Below are positions 37,242 through 49,910 of a DNA stretch of 64,000 nt, piece by piece. The DNA comes from Azolla caroliniana (lineage: Eukaryota; Plantae; Polypodiophyta): contig JBHGNT010000009.1 in NCBI GenBank assembly GCA_043228905.1, positions 15,376,001 through 15,440,000 of the forward strand. The letters run 5' to 3'. Below the pieces are notes generated by a model that saw only the letters and a list, made by a program, of their open reading frames with translations, searched no databases and was not told the DNA's origin. Position 1 is the stretch's first letter, and the number at the start of each line of letters is the position of its first letter. The position numbers were made by a program, and so were the translations under genes.

Positions 37242-40200
37242 TGTAAAGAATCGTGGTATGATTCTTTGCAACAGAATAAGTTAGAGATGTGTGTGTGTGT
37301 GTGTGTGTGTATCTTTGAGAAGAGGACAAGAGAGAGACACAAGATAGATAGAAAATAGAAATACTCAAAGAGATTGTATATTACAAAGGAGATTAACTAA
37401 CACATTATAAAGTAGGAGGAGGGTGCTTTATATAATCATCCTCTCTCTTCATTAACTACCGAAGCTCATAGGTCATGGAGAATGTGGAAACTCATTAGTT
37501 ATGTGTCATAGAATCATATTCTATGACACATAACTAATGTGTAGAGAGTAGTGGTGTGACTTTTGAACTTTGAGTGTTCATACACTCTCAAGGGTGTGTT
37601 CACACATTAGACTAGGTTGAGCTTGATTCTCAACACGCCCCCTCAACCTCAACTCGGGTTGGTTCCTTTCGGTTGATATCCGTGTTGGCTGATACCTGGT
37701 TCAGATAATGTCTAGTTTGTACTCCCCCTCAAGCTAGGCAAGTCAGGGATTGTTAGTCGAAGGTTTTCCATGAATTGCCGAAGCTTGTCAGATTCTAGGG
37801 CTTTGGTGAAGATGTCGGTTGTCTAAAGATTTGTGTTGATGTGTTGAAGGTCGACATCTCTGGCCTGAACGCGCTCTCGAATGAAGTGATAGTGCACTTT
37901 GACATGCTTTGTGGGTGCATGGAACACCGGGTTCCGAGCCAGATAAATACTGATCATGTTATCGTAGTAAAGGGGAGTCGGATCCTTGATGGGAACACCC
38001 AGATCCTTCAAAATACTCTTGAACCATATGACCTCACATGCAGCCACGGATGCGCCCCTGTATTCGGCCTCCATGCTCGAAAGTGCGATGGGAGGCAGCT
38101 TCTTACTACTCCAAGATATTGCTCTGTTGCCGAGCAAGAAGACAAATCCGGAGGTTGATCGTCGATTGGCTCTATATCTGGCCCAGTCGGCATCTGTGTA
38201 CCCTTCGAGTCAAATTGTTGTGGCCGATTCTTAGAGAATACCACAATCCATTATGTCACTCAAGTATCGTAATAATCGCTTAACACAATCCAAATGGATA
38301 TCTCGTGGAGTTTGGATGAATTGGCTAAGGAGACCGACCGGATAGTTCAGGTCGAGTCAAGTGACCGTGAGGTAGATGAGACTCCCGATTAGTTGTCGAC
38401 GACTGAGTCTGCTCACACTCTTCCGTGCTTGAGTCGGCATCCAGTTTGAGGTTTCGATTGAGAGGGGTTGCCATAGATTTGCGCTCAGTCATCCCGAACT
38501 TGTATAACAAGTTGAGGATATAGTGTCGTTGAGAGATCATAATGTCGGCTGGGGTTCGAATTAGCTCAATGCCAAGGAAGTAATGAAGCTCTTTCATGTC
38601 TGTCATCTCGAATTTGCTAGAGAGGAGGGACTTGACCTTGTTGATGTCGACTAAATGCTCACCTCCAATGACTAGATCATCCACATATAGGATGATGACA
38701 ATAGGACTTCCACAGTCATTTCGTACCTAGAGGGAGTTGTCAGATGAAGATAATGTGTTATCTTCGAGTGCCAAGCACGTGGTGCTTGCTTAAGGCCGTA
38801 GAGTGGCTTCTTTAATCGGCAGACAGCTTTCGTATGGATGTTGAATTCTAAGCCGGGTGGTTGTACCATGTACACCTCCTCTTCTAATTCACCTTGAAGA
38901 AAGGCGTTCTTGATATCCATTTGATGGAGGTGCCACCCTTTCGCCACTGCAAGTGCAATCACAGTCCACACAGTCGCCATCTTTGCCACCCGGGCAAAGG
39001 TATCTTCATAGTCGACTCCATGTGTTTGTGTGTATCCTTTTGCTACGAGTCAGGCTTTGTAGCGATTGACAGAGCCGTCGGCATTATACTTCACCTTGTA
39101 AATCCATCTGCAACCGATTCCCTTCTTGTGAGGCGAGTGGGGGACGAGATCCCATGTCTCATTCTTAGAGAGAGCTTGCATCTCCTTGTTCATTGTTTCG
39201 TCCCATCGTGGATCATTCGCGGCTTCAGAAATATTTTCCGGTTGTCAAACTGTTGCCACCTTCATCATAAAGGCATAGTGATACGTCATATAGTCATTAT
39301 AGCTGAATTGGCTAACAAGATTCTTCTCACGGGTGGAGCGAGGGAGTTTTTCGTTTGCCGATGTGAGTGCTTTCTTAACTCCGGGCGACCTCATAAGAGG
39401 CAAATCAAAGCCACCGAACTCAGTGTCGAGTGAGTGAGTTGATTCATTGCCGCCGAATTGATCGTCTTCATATTCCGACATTCTGGCCTTCCCTTTGTCC
39501 ATCTTTGGACTTGGCCGAGATGTGCTTTGGTTGCTCAGGGGTTCTTGTGGCCCATTGAGCCTCGTCGTGATCGGATGTTCTTCGAACATATGCCTTAGTT
39601 GATCTTCGTCTTCTATCTCTTGGTTGGCCAAGTTCGGGTTGACTAGAAATGGTTCGGGAGGAGTCGGCTCCGGTTTGTATCACGATGCCGATTCATCGAA
39701 GATGACGTCTCGACTTACACGAACCTTTCGAGTAGAGGGGTTGAAGCACTTGTACCCCTTTTGCTCCAATGAGTATCCTATGAGGATACATTACTCCGAC
39801 TTGGGATCTCCAATGAGTTCCAGATGAGACCCGGAAACTGGATTGACTGAATCCGGATGGATCCGGTGAAAACCGGATCCAAGGACATATGTATAAATAT
39901 GTTTCATAGTGAGCCCATCGAGGCTATACTTGTAAATAGCCCAAATTTCATATAAGTATAAATATGACTTAGGGCAATCACTTTATGTAGTTAGTTAGTG
40001 ATGAGATGTTGTATATTGTTGTATACACAGAATGGGAGAGAGAGAGAGAGAGATACAAAACTAGTTTTCTGTTGTAAACACAGAATGGGTCTCGTCATAG
40101 TCAATGCCCTGTGTTTGTGCGTAGCCCTTTGCTACAAGTCGAGCTTTGTAGCGGTTGATGGAACCGTTGGCATTGTACTTCACTTTGTATATCCATCTGC

Positions 40201-43200
40201 AGCTGATTGCCTTCTTTTGGTGTGAGTGTGGGACAAGATCCCATGTCTCATTCTTGCTGAGAGCTTGCATCTCCGACCCATCGTGGATCTTTAGCGGCTT
40301 CGACAAAGCTCTCCGGTTCTCAAACTGCTGCCACCTTCATCATAAAGGCATAGTGGTATGCCATATAGTCGTTGCAGCCAAATCGGCTAATCGGATTCTT
40401 CTCTCGGGTGGAGCGACGGAGTTTCTCATTCGCCGATGTGAGTGCTTTCTCAACTCCGGGTGACCTCATAAGAGGCACATCAAAGCCCTCAAACTCACTA
40501 TCGAGTCAATGAGTCGATTCGTTGCCGTCGAAGTGATCGTCTTCATATTCTGGCATTTTGGCCTTCCCTTTGTCCATCTTTGGACTTGGCCGAGATGTGC
40601 TTTGGTTGCTTAGAGGCTCTTGTGGTCTGCTCAATCTGGTTGAGATCGGACTCTCTTCGAGTATTCACCTTAGTTGATCATCGTCTTTTGTGTTGTCGAG
40701 GTCGTTCGTAGATGGTTCGGGAGGAGTCGGCTCGGGTTTGTACCATGATGTCGATTCTTCGTCAAAGACGACATCCCGACTTACACGTCTTCTGAGTAGA
40801 GGGGTTGAAGCACTTGTACCCCTTTTGCTCTAGTGAGTACCCCACGAGGATGCACTTCTCTGATTTTGGGTTAAGCTTCTGCCACTTCTCATCGGGAATG
40901 TGTACATATGCAATGGAGCCGAATATCCTTACATGGGATAGATCCGGCTTCTTCCCATAGTATTTCTTGTGTGGGGTAACCTCGTGCACTCTGGATGCTG
41001 TGCACCGGCTCATCAGGTAGATGGCGGTATTTGCAACTTCTGCCCAATATGATTTGGGCATATGCTTCTCATTTAGCATGGCCCTTGCTACTTCGAGGAT
41101 GTGCTGATTCTTGCGTTCGCCTACACCATTCTGTTGCAGTATGTGTCGGCAAGTGAATTCTCGCCGAATTCCTTCTTGGCAAAGGTATGCTGTGAATGCA
41201 TCTGAGAAGTATTCTTTACCTCCGTGTGACCAAAGAAATCGTACATGGCGACTGATTGTCTTTTCGACTTCGCTTTTGAAATTTTGGAAGTGTGAAAACA
41301 CTTCGCTCTTCATCCGCATGGGAAAGATCCATGTGTATCTAGAGAAGTCGCCGATGAAGGTAACATAGTACCGACATCCTCCAAATGTGGTTGTTTGTGC
41401 CGGTACCCACACATCCGAGTGGACTACATCTAATAGGCCTTTGCTCACGTTCCTCTCCTTCGGGAATAGGTGCCGATGTTGCTTGTCGAATTGGCATGCT
41501 CCACATATTCCTTCAATCTCTTTCTCTTTGAACGTCTGAAGTCCAATGACGACTCCTTTCGATTGCATCACCTTAAGTTTGTTGAGATTGATATGGCCGA
41601 TTCTTTTATGCCATAGCTCTATGTCAGTGTCGACTTTGACACCCTTTACAAACATGACCGATTTTACCTCATTCAATTCGAGGATAAACATTCGCCCTTC
41701 CCTTCGACCACAAGCAATTAGTTGGCCTTCCTTCTCGATGAAGCAACTACCTTGATTGAATCAAACTTGCATCCCTTGCTCCACAATTTGGCCAACCAAG
41801 ACCAGGTTCTTCGTTATGGTGGGTACATGCAAAACATTTTTTATGCAAGTTTGTTCATTGTCTTTCCCGAATGGGGCATTGCCGACATGCTGAATCAGAT
41901 GAGTGGTGTCGTCTCCGGTCTCGACATAACTGGGTTGATCCAACTCTTGAAGGTGCTGGAACCATTCTTGATGGGACGTCATATGGTTCGAGGCCCTGGA
42001 ATCGACGAACCATACATCTTCCGGATTGGAGGCATTAGTCGAAGTAGAGGCCAACATAGAATTTGCTCAACATAGAATTTGCTCTATGTCTCATCATTAG
42101 CATTCTGCCATGGTCTTCATATTCGGAGTTAGTGGCGCAATTGGTGAGTTGTCGGCTTGTGGAAGCTGACTCACGCTTCTTCTTTCGACACTCTTCTTTG
42201 TGGTGGCTGATTTTGCCGCAATATCCGCATTCGATCGAGGTTTGTCGGCTCGGACCGGAATGGAAACTCCCCCTTCTTCCAAAGGTTCCTCTATGGCTTC
42301 CTTCTTGTTGCTAAAATTGGGAGTTGTTTTCGTAAGTCGGACCTCGTTTGCCTCGTCCTTGGCCGAATCGGCCTCTTGCTCAACTGTGTCCTCTTCCCCC
42401 ATTCGAATGTGTGTAGAGCATGTGGCCGTCCGAGGCATTGCTTCTTGTTCGAACATGGTTTTCTTCAACCAACAATATGGATTGAAGATCAAAGAAAGAG
42501 GGAGGATTCTCCCGTGCTAGTACGACAGTCCTCATCACGCCGAACTGTGGTGCAAGGCCGCCGAGGCATATTTGTACAATCTCATCATCGTCCACATTGA
42601 CGCTTATTGAGCTGAGTGAATCACAAAGCTCCTTGATCTACAAGGTGTAGCTTGTGATGGACATGTCTCTTTGTTGAATATTGTTCAACTCTTGGCAGAG
42701 TTGAAGCTTTCGTTCCATCGTATTGGCGGCGAATATCTTCTTGAGATTCTCCCAAGCTTCCTTCGACGTCTTGTCTTCCCGAATGAAGCCAAGCATGTGG
42801 TGATCGCCACATGTCTCCAAGCAATACATTACTCGACTTGCGGCTTGCTCCCATGTTGAGTATTCGGGAGTCGTATGGTCGGGTTGATTTTTTTGTGCTC
42901 CTTTGATGTAGCTCCAATAGCCTTGGCCGACAAGGTATTGGTGAATCTTGTACTCCCAAGATGCAAAGTTGTTTCTGTCCAACATTTCTCTAGGGAGAGT
43001 GCTCCCCATTTGAGTATTCATTATGCCGATCAAGATTTCTTCCTTCTTTTCCTTCTCTCGTGAACATGAGCTATGTAGTTGCATTGCGATAGCAATGAGC
43101 CGGATTTCTTTGAATCGTCGGTGTAGACACAACACAGGAGGATGGGGTAGATCAAGCTACCAAAGTGCTCTGATACCATGTAAAAAATCATGGTATGGTT

Positions 43201-43563
43201 CTTTGCAGTAGAATAAGTTAGAGATGTGTGTTGTGTGTGTGTTTGCGAAGAGAAGAGGAGAGAGACACAAGATAGATAGAAAATAGAAATACTCAAGAAG
43301 ATTGTTTATTACAAAGGAGATTAACCGACACATTACAAAGTAGGAGGAGGGTGCTTTATATAGTCACCCTCTCTCTTCATTAACTACTGAAGCTCATCGG
43401 TCATGGGGAATGTGGAAACTCATTAGTTATGTGTCATAGAATATGATTCTATGACACATAGTTAATGTGTAGAGAGTAGTGGTGTGAGTTTGGACCTTTG
43501 AGTGTTCATAACCTCTCAAGGGTGTGTTTACACATTAGACTCGGTTGAGTTTGATCCTCAACA
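37242..43563 (-). mobile_element. Complete but degenerate, internally rearranged copia (family A)
   Basis: LTRs 37242-37635 and 43179-43563, TSD CATAA, PBS 43167-43178, PPT 37636-37649; gag, PR, IN, RT and RH fragments. Confidence 0.93.
39810..40090 (+). mobile_element. Internal fragment of a family-B copia LTR inside the family-A element
   Basis: GAGCCCATCGAGGCTATACTTGTAAATAGCC...TATAAATATGACTTAGGGC matches the LTRs at 2378, 49911 and 57562; no TG/CA ends or TSD. Confidence 0.8.
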
Positions 43564-44214
43564 CATAATAATAATAACATTTAATCAGCTAACTGGTCGA
43601 CTCGACTGTCCAACCCACAAGTCGATAGTCTAGTCGATTCGACTGGCCGACTCCTATGTCGATGATTAAGTCAGCCCAACTAGTAGACCTTATTTTTGAC
43701 CATCTAGTTGGCCTATATCTCTCATTTGGTTCATCAAACCAATACAGTCGACTACCAAGTCGACTCTCCATTTTCTCTAGTTAGTCGACTACCAAGTTGA
43801 CTCGCTAGTCAATCTGATTGACCATCCAGAATTCGGCATGTCGACTCCTACAGTTCGATTACCGACTTCTCCCATTCAGAGGGACACAATCCTAACAAAC
43901 TCCCCCTTCACTCCTATAGGGAGAGTCGGCCAATCCTATCTTCTATCGACAAACTTTGACTCTGTCCATAGGTAGGACTTTTGTGAGCAAGTTGGATCCA
44001 TTATCATCATTATGGATCTTCAAAAGCATAAACTCATCTTCATCCACTTTCTCTCGTAACCAGTGATACCTTCTCTGTTATGCTTTGTTTGAGAGTGGTA
44101 AGCAACGTTCTTGGCTAAGTGTATGGAAACTTTGATTATCAGAGTGGAGTAGGAATCTTTCTTGCGTCATTCCTAGTTCAGTGTGAAAACTCTTCATCAA
44201 TATCATCTCCTTTC

Positions 44215-47200
44215 TGTTGTGAATGGCGCGGAATATTTCTCGGCCATAACTGAGTCTTGAACACTTTCCTGGGAATGAAACACAGAAATGGAAATGGAGA
44301 GTACACAAGGAAACACACAGGATGTTTACGTGGAAAACCCTAATAGGGAAAAAACCATAGGAGCCCTCAGACTCCGAAATATCACTATGAAGAGAAGGGG
44401 TACAATCAAAGACTCGTAGGCAACGACCTCGAGCTCTGTATCTTCACTAGGCGGCGGTTACAACAGAGTATCGCTCTATATCTCTCTCTCCCTCTCTATC
44501 GCTCTCACTATACAACAGTTACAACCATATGACAACAACACAATCGCACCCTATATATAAAGTGATTGCCCTAAGTCATATTTATAGTTATATGAACTTA
44601 GGGCTATTTACAAATATAGCCTCAATGGGGTTACTCAAGACATATTTACAAATTTGTCCTCTCTTCCGGTTCTCACCGGGTCCTCTTTATTCATCATCGG
44701 GTCCCATCCAGAGAGACCAATTTTCCCAATAATCTCCCCCTTCACTCTAGTATGGGATGTCTTGTAAGTCTGGTCCGCTTCCGACATGTGTCCAGCTTGT
44801 CGGGTGTCAGTACCTTGGTCAGCATATCCGACCTGTTCTCCTTTGTGTGGCTCATCGCCAACACGAACTCTCGATCTTCAATTCGCTCCCAGATCCAATG
44901 GTACCTGCACTGGATGTGCTTCATTCTGGAATGGTATGCCGTGTTCTTTGCAAGGTGGATGGCACTTTGACTATCGCAATAGAGCCAATATTCCTCTTGC
45001 TGGATCCCTAGCTCTCCAACGAAGTCCTTCATCCATAATATTTCCTTTCCAGCTTCCACGACTGTCATGTACTCCGCCTCCGTGGTTGACAACGCAACCG
45101 TCTTCTACAGCCTCAACTGCCACGAAACGGCTCCCCCTACATAGGTCATGACATATCCGGAAGTTGACCGGTTGGTGTCCACATCCGCCGACATATCCGA
45201 ATTGGTAAAAAGCCTTCCATGAGGGGTTTACCGGAGCCGAATCGGAGGCACATGCTCGAAGTGCCCTTCAAGTACTGGAGTATCCATTTTACCGCATTCT
45301 AGTGCTCTTTCCCGAGGTTGGTCATGAACCGACTCACCACTCTGACTGCGTATCCAATATCCGGTCGAGTACACACCATTGCGTACATCAAGCTCCCGAC
45401 CGCAGAGGCATATGGAATCTTCATCATATCCGCCTTCTCTACCTTTGTCTTCGGGCTTTGCTTACCTGATAATCTGCAGTTTGCCGGGAGTGTCAATCCG
45501 ACTAGTTTCACTTCCGACATGTTGAACTGTTGAAGCACCTTTGTCACATACTTCTCCTGTGACAACCACAACAACTTCTTCGACTGGTCCCGGATGATGT
45601 GCATTCCCAATATTTGTCTTGCCGGCCCCAAGTCTTTCATTGAGAAGGTCTGGTTCAAGGCCTTCTTCAGCATCCGAATCTGGCCTTGGTCTCTTCCGAC
45701 GATCAACATATCATCCACATATAGGAGGAGTATCAGGAAGTCTCCTCCGTCAAATTTCTTCACAAACACGCAATGATCGGCTTGCATCTTGTGGTACCCT
45801 TGGTCGGTCATGAAGGAGTCGAACTTCCGGTACCATTGCCGGGGGGCCTGTTTCAGTCCGTATAGGCTCTTCTTCAGCCGGCACACTAGCTGCTCCTTCC
45901 CTTTCTTCTCAAATCCTTTCGGTTGATGCATGTAGATCTCCTCTTTGAGGTCACCATGGAGGAATGCCGTCTTCACGTCCAGCTGCTCTACCTCGAGGTC
46001 CATGCTTGCCGCTATGCCCAATACTGTCCGGATGGATGTCATCTTTACTACTGGAGCAAAGATCTCATCGAAGTCCACTCCTTTCTTCTACTGGAAGCCC
46101 TTCACCACGATTCGGGCCTTATACCTTGGAGGATTTCCGGCATTTCCCGGTTTCAGCTTGTACACCCACTTGTTCCGAAGTGCCCTCTTTCCTTTCGGCA
46201 ACTCCACCAATTCGTATGTGTGGTTCTCATGCAGGCAATCCATCTCATCATGCATGGCACTCAACCACTTGCGGTTGTGGGTGTCTCCCCTTGCTTCTTC
46301 AAAGCTTTCCGGCTCCCCCTCATCGGTTAGCAACACATGCTCAGCATCCGGAAATCTTGGGGGGCTCTTCTCTCATGGAGAGGATATCTCCGTCCTTGGT
46401 TTTTGACTGCCTGTTCCTCTATTTGTTCCGAATCCGAATCCGATTCGGGATCTTGTCCGGTTCCGGTGTCTTCTTCTTCTTCTTCTTCTTCTTCTTCTTC
46501 GTCGGTCGGTTTGGTTTCCTGTCCGTATTCGGCTGGTTCGTCGAGTGTCATCCGGTTATTGGCTAACATCCGGTTTTCAACCGGGTATATCCTTTTGTCC
46601 TCAGGCTGGTTTTCAATGGATGATCCAGAGTTCATTACCTTCTTCTCCAACTCCCAGTCGGCAATGGTCCTATCTTCCATGAAGACTATGTCCCGACTCT
46701 GGAACACCTTTCTGTCGATCAGATCCCACCCCCGGTAATCGAACTCATCATCACCGTATCCAAGGAATACACATGGTCGGGACTTTGGATCCAACTTTTC
46801 TCTCTTGTCCTTCACCACATGCACATATGCGAGACACCCGAACACCTTTAGATGCCGGTAAGACACATCCTTACCGGTCCATACTTTCTGCGGTGAGTCT
46901 CCGTCCAAGGGTACTGAGGGTGATCTGTTTATCACATTGGTCGCCATCGTCAGTGCCTCAGCCCAAAATGTCTTGGGTAACTTGGCATGTGCGAGCATGA
47001 TCCGGAATTTCTCCATTATGGTACGGTTCATCCTTTCAGCCAACCCGTTTAGTTCCGGCATCTTCGGCACGGTGAATTCGAGCCGGATTCCCATCGACCG
47101 GAAGTACTCCTCGCACTGCCCCCGGTATTCTCCTCCATTGTCCACTCGAACCGCCTTCAGCTTCCAGCCGGTTTCTCTTTCCACTTTCGCGTGGAGTTCC

Positions 47201-49397
47201 TTGAAGTCGGATAACACTTGATCCTTCATCTTCAACAGTGAGGCCCACAGCTTCTGGCTGTGGTCATCTATGAACGTCACGAAGTACTACGATCCGGCAT
47301 GTGACTTCGTGTCCACTTGACACACATCGGTATGCACTAGCTCTAGTAGTGCATTCCATCTCATCGGTGGTCTTGACCGGAAGGAGGTTAGGTTTTGCTT
47401 GCCGTCCAGGTAGTCGATGCACTTCTCAAGTTACACGTCCTTCACCAGAATGAGATTGTCTTCGGCAAGCCACTTCATCCTCTTCTCACTCATGTGACAC
47501 AGTCTTCTATGCCACAACTCACTGCCAATGTCAGATGCTACGTTCACTTTATCTTCTTGCATAACCGGGCATTCATCAGGTACAATGTGTTGACTTTCTA
47601 GGCCTAAGCCACTATTAGGCTCCCCTTGCTAAACTTCATGACTCCGTTCCGGATGCTACCCGTGTAGCCTTCATCATCTAGCCGACCGACTGATATTAGG
47701 TTCAGTCGAACCTCCGGAACGTGTCAGACATCCTTCAACAGCAACTTGCATCCGGTTGGTGTTGTCAACCACACGTCTCCTATGCCGACAATTCGGCATG
47801 TACCTTTATTCCCCATCCGGACATAGGCATGCTCACCGACTGTGTAGGATGAGAAGCATTTCCGGTCCGGGGTAAGGTGGAACGACGCTCCGGAATCGAC
47901 AACACCCACGTTGTCTCGTCACCAGCAAGGTTCAACTCACTCTCCTCGGTAATGAGCATTAGTTCCTCTTCACTTACCGCAATGGCTGTCATTCCCTTCC
48001 GGTCCGGGCCTCTCCGATCCGAACCGTTTCGGTCCGGTGACTTCTTCGAATCGGTACTATCGGTTCCCTTGTCTTTTCGGAAATGCCAACAGTTCTTTTG
48101 GAAGTGCCCCGACTTGCTACAATAGAAGCAAGTGGGCCTCCCCCTTGACTTTGACCATGTCCTCAACTTTTCCCGGTTCTGGGGACTCCGATTCCTTTGT
48201 CTTCTGTGTTCCGATTCGGTAAGGAGGGCTTTGGCGTCGGAGATCACCTCCTTGTTTTTTCGACGCGCCTCCTCATCTAGCAAGATCGACTTGGCTCTTG
48301 CTAGGGATAGTTGTTTTCCTTCCGGCCTGGCATTGCCCAACGTGACAACTAACGTCTCCCATCTATCCAGGAGGGAACCGAGCAGGAGCAATGCGAGTAC
48401 CTCATCGGCGAGAGGTACTTCCAGTGAGGTTGCTTGATGTATCAACCCCTGGAAGGCATTCATGTGCTCCGCCATACTAGAGCCGTCCTGGTACCGGAGC
48501 CTCACTAGCTTTCGGAATACCGAAACCCAATTAATGGCATTCTTGTTCTGGAACATGATGCCGATCTTCTCCCAGAGTTCATGAACCTTGCTCTCTTCAT
48601 TGAAGTTGTTGTACAGGCTCATGTCGATGAAGCACCAGATGTATGCCGTCGTCTTCATGTGTATCACCTCCCACACCGTGGTGTGGATCTTATCTAGTCT
48701 CTGGTCCCCAAACTAAACCAACAACCAAAGATCTTTAACCACCATCATGTCCGTCATCTTCAACTTCCACACTGAGTAGTTGGAGCCGGTGAGCTTGAAC
48801 ATGCCGCTGAACGATTCTTCCATTTTTTATGTTGTTCGCTCTGATACCAGTTTGTAGCGAATGGCGCGGAATATTGCTCGGCCACAATCGAGTCTTGAAC
48901 ACTTTCCTGGGAATGAAACACAGAAATGGAAATGGAGAGTACACAAGGAAACACACATGATGTTTACGTGGAAAACCCTAATAGGGAAAAAACCACGGGA
49001 GCTCTCAAATTCTGAACTATCACTATGAAGAGAAGGGGTACATCAAAGACTCGTAGGCAACAACCTCGAGCTCTGTATCTTCGCCAGGCAAGGTTACAAC
49101 AGAGTATCGCTCTATATCTCTCTCTCCCTCTCTATCTCTCTCACTATACAACAGTTACAACCATATGACAACAACACAATCGCACCCTATATATAAAGTG
49201 ATTGCCTAAGTCATATTTATAGTGATATGAACTTAGGGCTATTTACAAATATAGCCTCAATGGGGTTACTCAAGAAATATTTACAAATCTGTCCTCTCTT
49301 CCGGTTCTCACCGGGTCAACCGATCCAACTTCCTGTTCTCACCAGGTCCTCTTTATTCATCACCGGGTCCCATCCTGAGAGATCGATTTTCCCAACA
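44215..49397 (-). mobile_element. Complete degenerate copia (family B, Tnt1/Tork-like pol)
   Basis: LTRs 44215-44731 and 48853-49397, TSD CTTTC, PBS 48838-48849, PPT about 44732-44744; gag 47780-48676, IN 46327-47280, RT 45299-46078, RH 44742-45092. Confidence 0.95.
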
Positions 49398-49910
49398 CTT
49401 TCTGGCCTCTACCGTAGCCATATATTTTGCCCTTGTAGTCGACAAAGCCACAACCTTTTGCAATTTGGATTGCCACGCCACTACTCACCTTGCATAGGTC
49501 ATCACGTAACCAAATGTAGATCAATTGGAGTCTACATTCCCCGACATGTCAGAATCTATAAAGCCTTCAAGCATAGGCTTTCCAAAAACATACCTAAGGC
49601 ATCCTTTTGAGGCGCCTTTCAAGTACTTGAGTATCCATTTTACCGTTGCCAATTGTTCTCTTCTTGGATTACTCGTTGTTGCTCCCTCCTGGAGAACACC
49701 TTCGATTACTTCTCCCGAGTAATCGGGTCAAGGAATCGTGGTGCGTAAGAGACTAGGGGGCCTGAGTAGGGGTCGAATCGTTACACCCCCTGCGATTGAC
49801 ACTCCGAGGATTGGCTACCACCGATTCGTAATCACATTTAACAGACCAGGCAACAATAAGTAGAGATAGATTTAAAACGAGATAGACACAGAGATTGACC
49901 CACAAGTCTA

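Larger units (their letters stand above)
36832..49676 (-). mobile_element. Host copia element: 3' LTR (36832-43897, interrupted), PPT and RNase H/RT remnants (43912-44214, 49403-49676) carrying two nested insertions
   Basis: LTR halves rejoin across the CATAA TSD; PPT reads AACTCCCCCTTCAC on plus at 43898; RNase H halves rejoin across the CTTTC TSD. Confidence 0.75.

Noticed and set aside
49728-49745. PBS-like GGAATCGTGGT resembling 4236-4248
   Set aside because: Lacks the TGG terminus and lies inside the inferred LTR; no function can be assigned.
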